Source: a bacterium
GTDB taxonomy: Bacteria; Patescibacteriota; Microgenomatia; Levybacterales; UBA12049
Direction of reading: 5' to 3'
DNA length: 64,000 bases
Assembly: GCA_021813145.1 (NCBI GenBank)
Contig: JAKALS010000004.1
Location: 72,594-136,593 of the forward strand
Positions 49,464 through 57,645 of this stretch are shown here, piece by piece. The notes below the pieces were generated by a model. The model was given only the letters and a program-made list of their open reading frames with translations, ran no database searches and was not told the DNA's origin. Positions within the stretch are counted from its first letter, which is position 1; each line of letters begins with the position of its first letter. A program made the position numbers and the translations under genes.

Positions 49464-50474
49464 TTAAAATCTTGACAGTACGTAAGTTTCCACATCTCTT
49501 CCAACTCTTTCTTTTAAGACATTTGGCGAAATTTGTCCATCATAAAACTCATCAGCTAGTGTTATTGGAGAATCAACGCCTTCCAATCTTCTTTTTGCCA
49601 TTTCGCAAATAATTCCGATATCTAAGGTTGGATTGGGAACCGCGGGGTTAGTAGAAATGAATGAAGCACTTATTAATTCTCTAACATAATCAGGGTCTGA
49701 TCTTTCGATTACTATTCTATTTCTTTGCAAACGTTTGCTTCCTGTTTTATATGCAGTAATCCCATGATCTTCAATGCCCTCATTGGCAAAGAAATATGAC
49801 CAATTCATTCCTAGCGGAAAAGTTGGGGTTAGAAAAAGAGACATTAAGCCTTTTTGCCCACTTCTTTCAGCAACTCTTCTGGCGACATCGTCATACAGAT
49901 CTTCTCTTGGTGGCCCAACTTTTATGTCAAGCCCCAAGATTGTGGCGATTTCGTCAAAAGAATACATGAATCCTTTTACTCTTTCAATTTCTACTTTCGA
50001 TTCAGGAACTGTTTTCTCTACTGCCGCCATAAGTTCTGGATCTGCATTGCAGGTTTGCATAACCCTGTCTCTTTCGGCAACAAATTCTGGTGAATCTATA
50101 TATTCACTCATTCTTACAACTCTCAGTCCCGTATTGTATACGTCATTAACTTTACTTACGAATTTTGCTCTTTGATCGCCAAGAAGCATATAATAATCCT
50201 GATGTTCCTGTCCAACATTTCTACAAGCTGCGGTGTCTGCAACTAAAATTGAAGGATCAACGTTAGAACCCTCCTGTTTTAAGGCTTCTGCAAGATACGA
50301 AACGAACAAGTAATATTTAAGACTATCGATCGGATGACCTTTATCATCATATGTCTCTCCGTAGAAAAGTCTCATAGGCTCAGGAGCAATGCTGCCCGCT
50401 CTACTCCTTATGTCTTCTGCTGAAGGAGCTTGCGAAACTAAACCACGTGTCGATAGTAATCTTTCAATATTCAT
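49464..50474 (-). CDS. Class I aminoacyl-tRNA-synthetase-like paralog (TrpRS/TyrRS-like Rossmann core, degenerate motifs)
   Basis: 336 aa; 'KTGSKRL' in the KMSKS position, 'ILVADTAA' block; adjacent to trpS. Confidence 0.35.
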   Translation of the reverse strand: MNIERLLSTRGLVSQAPSAEDIRSRAGSIAPEPMRLFYGETYDDKGHPIDSLKYYLFVSYLAEALKQEGSNVDPSILVADTAACRNVGQEHQDYYMLLGDQRAKFVSKVNDVYNTGLRVVRMSEYIDSPEFVAERDRVMQTCNADPELMAAVEKTVPESKVEIERVKGFMYSFDEIATILGLDIKVGPPREDLYDDVARRVAERSGQKGLMSLFLTPTFPLGMNWSYFFANEGIEDHGITAYKTGSKRLQRNRIVIERSDPDYVRELISASFISTNPAVPNPTLDIGIICEMAKRRLEGVDSPITLADEFYDGQISPNVLKERVGRDVETYVLSRF

Positions 50475-50569
50475 ATCCTTTACTATAGGGACGTAATTAT
50501 ACTCCCAACTCTAGTTAATTTCAACCCATCTAGATTGAAAATAAAGATATTAAGCAGTATAATTCTGCC

Positions 50570-51613
50570 ATGGTTAATGAACAATATAGGCCAGAAGTCA
50601 TAAATGCCGAACAAAGACTAGGAATTCACTTTGTCAAACCCGATAGCTATTTGGCTGACAGATTAAATTCTCAAATTGCAATAATTGCTGAAACTTTGAA
50701 TGTTCCCGCTAGTATGCCCGTTATACCAGCAAGGGGATTTATTGATAGGCCTTTATTAACCGGGCAGAGACGTGAGATAGATCAACTTATAGAGCTAGAA
50801 TATGCTAATGATGCTGTAGACTTGCAAGATGGATTAACGGCAATTCCTGTAAGAGAAAATGGCGAACGAATGGTACATTTACCTACGCTATTTGAAAGAG
50901 ACAGAATTCCTCTAAGTTTATCATCGCTTCCGTTTCATGAGGCTTGTGGAGAATGGGCGGGAAAAGAAAGGGTATTCTGGGCAAGACAGCAAGTTGCAGA
51001 ACATTTATTAAGAGCAGGAATAGCATTAGATAAGTTAGATATCGTTTTGCATATTGAAGATGCTTTTCGTCCCGTTGGGGTTCAAGAAGGACTTTTTCTT
51101 AGAAGAGCGAAAATGATACTTCAGGAACATCCTGAATGGATAGTTAACTGGGATAAAGTTTGGGCAGAAGCAAGAAGCAAAACAGCCATAACTCCCTTAA
51201 TGGCAGGTCATAAGTCAGGCGCTGCGTTAGACATAACGTTACGAAAGAAATCTAATGGGGAACCTCTATCTATAGGGAACAAATATCCCGAAGGTGGAGC
51301 TAAGGTTGCATTACGTTATCCATATGTTACTCAAGAAGAATGGGCTGCGCGTCAGTTATTCGTCCGCACCATGGAAATGGCAGGTTTACGAAGATATCCA
51401 TATGAAACTTGGCATATCTCATACGGTGACTTGTCTGCGGGTATTTCAGCTGATTCTGATACGGAAATAACGTCGGGTTACGAAGCAATGTACGGTCCTA
51501 TTGAGGGCTTCAACTCTAATGGTGAAGTAATTCCTTACTCTACAGATACGTACAATCAACCATTCTATTCGCAGTTAGAATTACTGGATATAATAAAGAG
51601 GGAAGGTAGATAG
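50570..51613 (+). CDS. M15-family D-Ala-D-Ala dipeptidase-like (VanX-like) zinc peptidase
   Basis: 'HKSGAALDI' (SxHxxGxAxD-type) and 'ETWHISYGD' (ExxH) metal motifs in the C-terminal half. Confidence 0.6.
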   Translation: MVNEQYRPEVINAEQRLGIHFVKPDSYLADRLNSQIAIIAETLNVPASMPVIPARGFIDRPLLTGQRREIDQLIELEYANDAVDLQDGLTAIPVRENGERMVHLPTLFERDRIPLSLSSLPFHEACGEWAGKERVFWARQQVAEHLLRAGIALDKLDIVLHIEDAFRPVGVQEGLFLRRAKMILQEHPEWIVNWDKVWAEARSKTAITPLMAGHKSGAALDITLRKKSNGEPLSIGNKYPEGGAKVALRYPYVTQEEWAARQLFVRTMEMAGLRRYPYETWHISYGDLSAGISADSDTEITSGYEAMYGPIEGFNSNGEVIPYSTDTYNQPFYSQLELLDIIKREGR

Positions 51614-51617
51614 CTTC

Positions 51618-52775
51618 TTATTTTACTTCAAAAACAACAGTATCTTTTGTAATACGGTCCATTTTTTCTAGATCAACATCCCACCCTCTACCAGGTGTAG
51701 TTGGCACTTTAATATATGCTCCATCAGGTTCTCTTTCCATTGGAGCAACACATGGATCGTCACCTTCTTTAAAATATGCGGAAGTGCCTGAGATATCAGA
51801 TGGTAACGTAACTCCTGGATGCGCAGCCATCGCTAAAGAATGAGCCTTCCCAGGAGAAGTTAGCTCAACCATTCCGCCAACCCATGTGTCAACTCCTCTT
51901 TCTTGACAGTAATCAATCATTTTTCGAGCAATGTCTAATCCTCCAACTCTAGTCACCTTAATGTTAATTATGGGGATTCCTCCTTCTACTGCTTGTTCCA
52001 AATCGCTCATTGTATGAATACTCTCATCTAAGCAAATTCTTCCTGGAACACTATTTACATTAAATTCTTGTTGTAATTGTGTATGAGCAACGATATCGTT
52101 ATATGCCAATGGCTGTTCCATCATTAGCAAATCAAGATTTCCATATCCAATAAGTAATCTTTTGTGCTCTGGATTATGTAAATCAAAAGATGAGTTAGCG
52201 TCAATCATGAGTAGTACATCTGGATATGCTGTTCGAATACGTGCAATCTTATCCAAATCTCCTTGACTTGGCCCAACTTTTATTTTTATACGACGGTATT
52301 TATCTTTTGAAATTCTTTCTGCAATTTGTTCTAACGAATCGTTTTTTGAAATGCTTACTCCTACCTCGACTTGAGGCTTTTCTCCTCCCAATAATGTGAA
52401 CAAAGGAACATCCTTATCGATTGCTTCAGCATCCAAGTATAGATTAGCGAATGCCGCTTGGAAAATTGGATGATCCATAAGAAATCCTAGAGATCGAACA
52501 GCTTCGCGTGGATCATCGAAATCTTTGCCTACAAATTTACTTCCAATTTCATTTAGTAATGCCCATGCCTCTATGGTTGATTCAGACCCATAAACAGGGA
52601 ATTTAGTAGTATCTATTGAACTCCAAGCTTCAACTCCATTTGAAGTTTGCCCACGCAGAGCAATCATATCTCTTTTGGGACCAATATCTCGAGGTAAACC
52701 ATCAACGTCACCAAGAGAAAAGACATGTCTCATCTCCGGCGTGATGTATCGTGCTTCTAAACGTTCGAATTTCAT
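51618..52775 (-). CDS. Enolase-superfamily MR/MLE enzyme (dipeptide epimerase / o-succinylbenzoate synthase-like)
   Basis: 'IKIKVG', 'LMIDANSSF', 'MMEQPL', 'LDESI' metal/base motifs. Confidence 0.8.
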   Translation of the reverse strand: MKFERLEARYITPEMRHVFSLGDVDGLPRDIGPKRDMIALRGQTSNGVEAWSSIDTTKFPVYGSESTIEAWALLNEIGSKFVGKDFDDPREAVRSLGFLMDHPIFQAAFANLYLDAEAIDKDVPLFTLLGGEKPQVEVGVSISKNDSLEQIAERISKDKYRRIKIKVGPSQGDLDKIARIRTAYPDVLLMIDANSSFDLHNPEHKRLLIGYGNLDLLMMEQPLAYNDIVAHTQLQQEFNVNSVPGRICLDESIHTMSDLEQAVEGGIPIINIKVTRVGGLDIARKMIDYCQERGVDTWVGGMVELTSPGKAHSLAMAAHPGVTLPSDISGTSAYFKEGDDPCVAPMEREPDGAYIKVPTTPGRGWDVDLEKMDRITKDTVVFEVK

Positions 52776-52781
52776 AATAAT

Positions 52782-53408
52782 TTAGTAATCTAAGTTAAAT
52801 ACTAGAGCATATGCATCTCCAACATTGTAATTTAGTTCACTGTATGAAATCCTATCGTTTTGGGGAATATCCGCATACATAGGCCGTCCGTATAACCCTG
52901 GAAGCAAGACTCTCTCATCCATAGAATAACCTCTGATTTCCCCTGATTGCTTCATTGCTTCGAGTGTATTTTTAATACCGGCTTCAATATTTGGATTTTG
53001 CGTCTCGGTAAACACAATGTGATAACCTCTTTCAATTCCCCTTCTTACTCTTTCCTGAGACATTTTTCTATAAAGACCTGTTTTTTGCGCTTCACCTTCA
53101 ATTAAAACGCCTGCAAGGTAAACGCCCATTCCTTCTGGAAATGGAAAGTTAACCCCTGGAATTCCGTCAAAGGCATCTTTTGGAGATTTAAATTCTATTG
53201 AATCGAAACCAACAGCTCTTCCAGAGCCTTCTGCGACATAAATACTTAAAACATCTCCTTTTAAATGCCTTCGAACATCATCATCTGTGGGGACAAAACC
53301 GCTGGTATTTCGGCAGGCAAGAATTTGTTGAATTGTATCTTCGCCAATTCTCGGATCTTCACAACCAGCGACACTTTCTAAACGTCTAGCAATTATATTT
53401 TCTATCAT
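52782..53408 (-). CDS. Hypothetical protein (208 aa), possibly GNAT-like fold
   Basis: Strong SD AAAGGGAGGTGA; only a weak 'EGEAQKTGLYRKM' resemblance to GNAT motif A. Confidence 0.4.
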   Translation of the reverse strand: MIENIIARRLESVAGCEDPRIGEDTIQQILACRNTSGFVPTDDDVRRHLKGDVLSIYVAEGSGRAVGFDSIEFKSPKDAFDGIPGVNFPFPEGMGVYLAGVLIEGEAQKTGLYRKMSQERVRRGIERGYHIVFTETQNPNIEAGIKNTLEAMKQSGEIRGYSMDERVLLPGLYGRPMYADIPQNDRISYSELNYNVGDAYALVFNLDY

Positions 53409-53510
53409 TTAGTCTCACCTCCCTTTTTTTCAATCTCATAGTTAATTAATGGAGTTATACACCTAAGTCTTGTAAAATGCAAGAGTTATAGGCTTTAAGG
53501 AATATTTTAC

Positions 53511-53852
53511 TTAACCTTTTCTCTCACCACCTCTGTAGACATAGGTATCAATTTCATTACAAAGCCTTGGCCAAAGAACATCGATAATTCGTTCATGTAC
53601 CATGCCAACGTTTATATCAAGTTCTTGCATTGTCTGTTGCCCTTGTTCAGTAGTCATCTTATACAAAGGACTATCTCCCTTAATCCTGCTTCCACTAAAA
53701 GTCCATTCTATTTCAGTTCTTTGTTGATCACTTAGTCTAAATAAGTCAATCCCAGCTAATTCTAATGTAACCGGTTTATCTACGGGAATCTCTGTTGCAG
53801 CTAATATTGCTTTCACTTTCTCTGTGGGAGTTAACTCTGCAAAAGCTTTCAT
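53511..53852 (-). CDS. Hypothetical protein (113 aa)
   Basis: ORF only. Confidence 0.45.
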   Translation of the reverse strand: MKAFAELTPTEKVKAILAATEIPVDKPVTLELAGIDLFRLSDQQRTEIEWTFSGSRIKGDSPLYKMTTEQGQQTMQELDINVGMVHERIIDVLWPRLCNEIDTYVYRGGERKG

Positions 53853-53920
53853 TAGTCAATATTATACATCTGATATTCAAGAGTGGGGACTGCGCACATC
53901 TTGAGTTGTGCGACCCTAAA

Positions 53921-54415
53921 CTATTTCTTAAACTTATACCTTTTTGTAAATACCACCAAGAGGACGACAAAAATTAAGGAAGCACCTAGTGGTGGGAGAA
54001 TATATAATATTAAGCCCAAAATATTATAAGCAAATGAAATAATACCATTCATCAAATCAACGATCTTCGAAAAGATGCCATACATCCCAAGGATTAATAG
54101 CAACCATATAAATTTTTTAGTTTCTTTATACAACTTTCGATCCCTAAGTTTTCTTACAGCTAAGATATATAAACCTAGCCAAAGCTTAAGCCGATACAAT
54201 ACAGCTCCTACTGTTACATAAACCAATGCGCTGTAAAATGCACGATCTAATAAATTAGGGGCTGAAATTGGTTCTATCTTTTTCCACACAAAACTTTTTC
54301 CTAGAGTGAAAGACCACAATAATAATGCTAAAACAAAAAGAACAGTAAATAATGCAGACGCAATAATTCCCCTTTCACGTTTTATAAGAATTTTTTTATA
54401 CCATAACATAATCAC
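53921..54415 (-). CDS. Hypothetical integral membrane protein
   Basis: 164 aa, four or five TM helices. Confidence 0.5.
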   Translation of the reverse strand: MIMLWYKKILIKRERGIIASALFTVLFVLALLLWSFTLGKSFVWKKIEPISAPNLLDRAFYSALVYVTVGAVLYRLKLWLGLYILAVRKLRDRKLYKETKKFIWLLLILGMYGIFSKIVDLMNGIISFAYNILGLILYILPPLGASLIFVVLLVVFTKRYKFKK

Positions 54416-54441
54416 AAGAGGCAGGTTTAAAAATGTAAACT

Positions 54442-55182
54442 TTACTTTAAATATTCGTTTATATCCATAGCGGGGACAGTTCCTAATTTTTGAAGCTCAA
54501 TAATTAAATTCATAAAAAAATTTACCAAGCTATTTTCATCCTTTTGCAAAGCCAATTGATAAGGTTTTTTATTCTCATCCCAAGGATGATAACTTGAAAG
54601 TTTAAAATATGTTTTTCCTATCAATGAACAACCAAAATTTATTACTTTATTTTCATCGGAATTAACTACTATTCCTTGCATCTCCTTTGACAATGAGCCG
54701 TCAAAAGCTAAAATACCTGCAAGTACTCTAGCGTGTTTCTTAGGAGGATATACCCCTCCCGCATGAGGAATTTCAATACTCGTTCTTTTAAGTTTTCTTA
54801 CGGACTCTGCTTTATTTTGAGCGTAGGTTATATTCTCTTTACTTAAATCCTGTTTTACCTCAATAACTGCATACACACATTCAGCAGGAACATATGTAAC
54901 ACCATTTTGTCTCAATATAAATGGTGAATATTGCCTATCAAAGATGACAATGTCAATCTGGTCACTTATTTCTCCGTCGGAGTCAATAACGAAAGCTTTA
55001 TCCGCACAGTACCTTTTAGGAAGATAGGTTGAAAGCATTTCTATCCACTCTAATTCTGTGAAATCACCTTTCGCCGTAGAATGTCCAACAACAGATCTGT
55101 TAAAAGTTAGCTTAGCTTCCATTTGCGTTTGTAAACCTTTAAATATTTCTTTTGTATTGATTTTGTTTTTTGCTTTTACCAT
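54442..55182 (-). CDS. PD-(D/E)xK nuclease-fold protein (candidate effector)
   Basis: 'QIDIVIFD...ECVYAVIEVKQ' gives D...E-x-K spacing of restriction-endonuclease-like nucleases; start overlaps the nucleotidyltransferase stop by 7 nt. Confidence 0.5.
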   Translation of the reverse strand: MVKAKNKINTKEIFKGLQTQMEAKLTFNRSVVGHSTAKGDFTELEWIEMLSTYLPKRYCADKAFVIDSDGEISDQIDIVIFDRQYSPFILRQNGVTYVPAECVYAVIEVKQDLSKENITYAQNKAESVRKLKRTSIEIPHAGGVYPPKKHARVLAGILAFDGSLSKEMQGIVVNSDENKVINFGCSLIGKTYFKLSSYHPWDENKKPYQLALQKDENSLVNFFMNLIIELQKLGTVPAMDINEYLK

Positions 55183-55967
55183 ATAACAGGCGACAAATTT
55201 CCCGTAAGATAAATCGATGTTAAACTACTCGCCGCTTCATTTTTTATTTTAGCTTTTTCTACTTGCGTTAATTCTTCAGATACTTCGTTTCCTAGATTTG
55301 AGGGATCGAGAATAACTTTATCTTCAAAATCATTTGCAAGATAAGTCATTATATCAATAAAATTTTGTGAGGGGCTTCTCGAATAGGATTTTCCGCTTAA
55401 AGCTTCAATAACAGACAACTCTAAATAAAAGGATGGAAAATCTAAGCTCCATAATTTTCTCCAAATTTTCAAAGCTTTGATGTCGGAAATCCTACCTGAA
55501 TTTGCAACGTAACTTATATGTTCATCTATATTTGTTTTCGTCCATGTACCTGGTTTTCTTTTCCAAATAGAGTGATCAGCACTATTAAGAGACTGCTCAA
55601 CCCCTGCTACTAAATCAATTTTGTATCCTGAATGATTTATGCCGATGGAAACATTTTGTTCTCTTACGGAATATCCGGCACCATTAAATCTATTTTTTAA
55701 AGTTGTATATACCTGTTGTAATGTATTACAGGTACTAACAGACGGATTTAGCGAAATGAAATAATCTATGTCAGTTGTACCCGTTATACCAGTCCCTTTT
55801 GCTAAAGATCCCGATAGTTTTAATTCATACTCGTGTCCATTTGCCCAAGAAAGTATATGTATATTCAATTCATTTCCTATTTGAATAACATCATAAGTGA
55901 CATTTGGCGAATGACTTAAAACAACGCTGTTTATGTAATTATCGCTTGCAGATATGTCTAAATTCAT
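55176..55967 (-). CDS. Minimal Pol-beta-superfamily nucleotidyltransferase (SMODS/CD-NTase-like)
   Basis: 'LSGSLAKGTGITGTTDIDYFISL' (GS...DxD) plus third acidic 'YKIDLVAG'; helical C-terminus 'ISDIKALKIWRKLWSLDFPSFYLELSVIEAL'. Confidence 0.6.
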   Translation of the reverse strand: MNLDISASDNYINSVVLSHSPNVTYDVIQIGNELNIHILSWANGHEYELKLSGSLAKGTGITGTTDIDYFISLNPSVSTCNTLQQVYTTLKNRFNGAGYSVREQNVSIGINHSGYKIDLVAGVEQSLNSADHSIWKRKPGTWTKTNIDEHISYVANSGRISDIKALKIWRKLWSLDFPSFYLELSVIEALSGKSYSRSPSQNFIDIMTYLANDFEDKVILDPSNLGNEVSEELTQVEKAKIKNEAASSLTSIYLTGNLSPVIW

Positions 55968-56013
55968 AAATTCTATTGTAATTTTGATAACAACAAAGAC
56001 TTGATGTCTGGGA

Positions 56014-56205
56014 TTATCTTCCGTGACCAGCTTTATTGTGAGCTCGTCTGGAAATTACATATTCTTCTCCACTTTTTGGAGTAGGGGGAAATCTTTCTCC
56101 TCGATCAACGGTAACTTCATGTTCCGTTTTTCCACCGCGGGGACCGATTACTCTTGCTTCTCCTGAAAACGGAGATATTTCTCCTGGCTTAAATGTTTTA
56201 GGCAC
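56014..56205 (-). CDS. YjzC-like microprotein (63 aa from GTG; 74 aa if the upstream ATG is used)
   Basis: 'FKPGEISPFSGEARVIGPRGG...DRGERFPPTPKSGEEY' resembles the B. subtilis YjzC family; AAGGCGGG SD; overlaps the last lexA codons. Confidence 0.45.
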   Translation of the reverse strand: MPKTFKPGEISPFSGEARVIGPRGGKTEHEVTVDRGERFPPTPKSGEEYVISRRAHNKAGHGR

Positions 56206-56833
56206 TTTTATCACCCGCCTTAACAACATCAACAACAATTCCTTGTATTAAAAGGTCTTCGAAAACATAGATCGGTTTATTTGCGGGGTTTGACGAAATT
56301 GGCTCAAGGATAATATGTCCATCTCCATTTTTAAGCTTTTTAATTGTCGCATCGTCTCCGATTAAAGCTACAATTATTTGTCCAGGGTTTGCTGTATTTT
56401 GTTTCCTGATTAACACGTAGTCACCGTTATCGATTGTTCTGCCGTTAATATCCGCCTCGTTCATACTATCTCCAACCGCTTTTAAGAAGAAGTAATCATT
56501 TAGCGTAACTTTTATTTTTTTAGATTCGTAGGGAATGTAGGCTTCGATATTTTGAGTAGCAAGAATTGGAGTACCAGCCGCAACGTTTCCCACAAGGGGA
56601 ATGTTTATTTTTTCTCCAGAATAAGAAGGCTGTAAAGATCGGGATTGATTAGGAGTGTGGGAAAGATAATCCTTCTCCTTTAGAGCCTCCACGTGTCTTT
56701 GAACGGCGCTAATATAGTTATGTCCAGAAGCTTTTCTAATCTCTTCAAGAGTTGGAGGTTTACCAAGTTTAATAGTTAAATCTTTTATGATTGTTAAGAT
56801 ATTTCCCTGTTGGGCTGTTAGACTTTTTCTCAT
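56198..56833 (-). CDS. lexA: LexA repressor (wHTH + S24 autopeptidase)
   Basis: N-terminal LexA DNA-binding domain 'LTAQQGNILTIIKDL...PPTLEEIRKASG', cleavage site 'VAAG', Ser/Lys dyad 'GDSM' and 'TIKKL'. Confidence 0.85.
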   Translation of the reverse strand: MRKSLTAQQGNILTIIKDLTIKLGKPPTLEEIRKASGHNYISAVQRHVEALKEKDYLSHTPNQSRSLQPSYSGEKINIPLVGNVAAGTPILATQNIEAYIPYESKKIKVTLNDYFFLKAVGDSMNEADINGRTIDNGDYVLIRKQNTANPGQIIVALIGDDATIKKLKNGDGHIILEPISSNPANKPIYVFEDLLIQGIVVDVVKAGDKSA

Positions 56834-56836
56834 GGT

Positions 56837-56851
56837 TGGTATATAATACCA
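56837..56851. promoter_or_regulatory. Palindromic operator candidate TGGTAT-ATA-ATACCA overlapping divergent -10 elements in the 32-nt lexA / phage-region intergenic gap
   Basis: Perfect 6-bp arms around a 3-nt spacer; minus-strand TGGTATTAT lies 9 nt before the lexA ATG, plus-strand TATAAT 18 nt before ATG 56866. Confidence 0.4.
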
Positions 56852-56865
56852 CTAATAGTGTAAAT

Positions 56866-57582
56866 ATGCAAGCAGCAGATTCAAACAAAGGTATTAAGTC
56901 AAACCAGTATTGGGAAGATATGGCTTCTATCCTCTCTAATATGAAAAGGTTTAAAAAAGCTGTTATTGATGCTAGGATAAAATGGAAAATCCCAATAACA
57001 GGCTTGCCATGGGATAAAAGGGGTAATTGGTATTCTTCATTATTCGTAAATCCAGACAACACAGATAAAAACTATTATACTTCTGGACAAGATCAACTTA
57101 TTCCGCCAAGTGAAGTTATTCGTTCGACTTTAAAAGAAATATCCGAACAGTTTAACTTAGATAACAGATGGCATTCCTCGCTTCTTCTGCATATTGCTTC
57201 TGATGACGTTCCTTTAACTGCCCCTTTCGGATCACCCTCCCTTGAAATACGCATAAACGATTCAAGACTACCGGAGAAGGAGTGGATTATAAAAAGAATG
57301 TGGATTGAGATTTATCCCGACACCAGTTTAAAAGATATTCAAACACTCTGGAAACGTATCGAGACTTACCAATCAATGATGTCTACGCAATATCCTAAAA
57401 AGAGACGTCCTTTGGAAAACGTTAAAAAGTATATTAAAGTTAGGGAACTTGAAGATAACAATACTACACATAAAAAGATAGCAAATGATTATCCTGAACT
57501 TGGATTTGGCACTTACAAAGACGTCGCAGACTTTAAAAATCGGATTGAAGAAAGATTTTCCCCAAAAAGAGTTAGAAAATAA
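56866..57582 (+). CDS. Hypothetical protein (phage-region ORF, divergent from lexA)
   Basis: Start placed at ATG 56866 (MQAADSNK); the ORF-track start at 56791 lies inside lexA. Confidence 0.5.
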   Translation: MQAADSNKGIKSNQYWEDMASILSNMKRFKKAVIDARIKWKIPITGLPWDKRGNWYSSLFVNPDNTDKNYYTSGQDQLIPPSEVIRSTLKEISEQFNLDNRWHSSLLLHIASDDVPLTAPFGSPSLEIRINDSRLPEKEWIIKRMWIEIYPDTSLKDIQTLWKRIETYQSMMSTQYPKKRRPLENVKKYIKVRELEDNNTTHKKIANDYPELGFGTYKDVADFKNRIEERFSPKRVRK

Positions 57583-57645
57583 CGGTCTTTATTAAAGCAA
57601 TATAAATCGGTATTCATAGTGCTCTTGATGCCCTAGTATAAGGGT

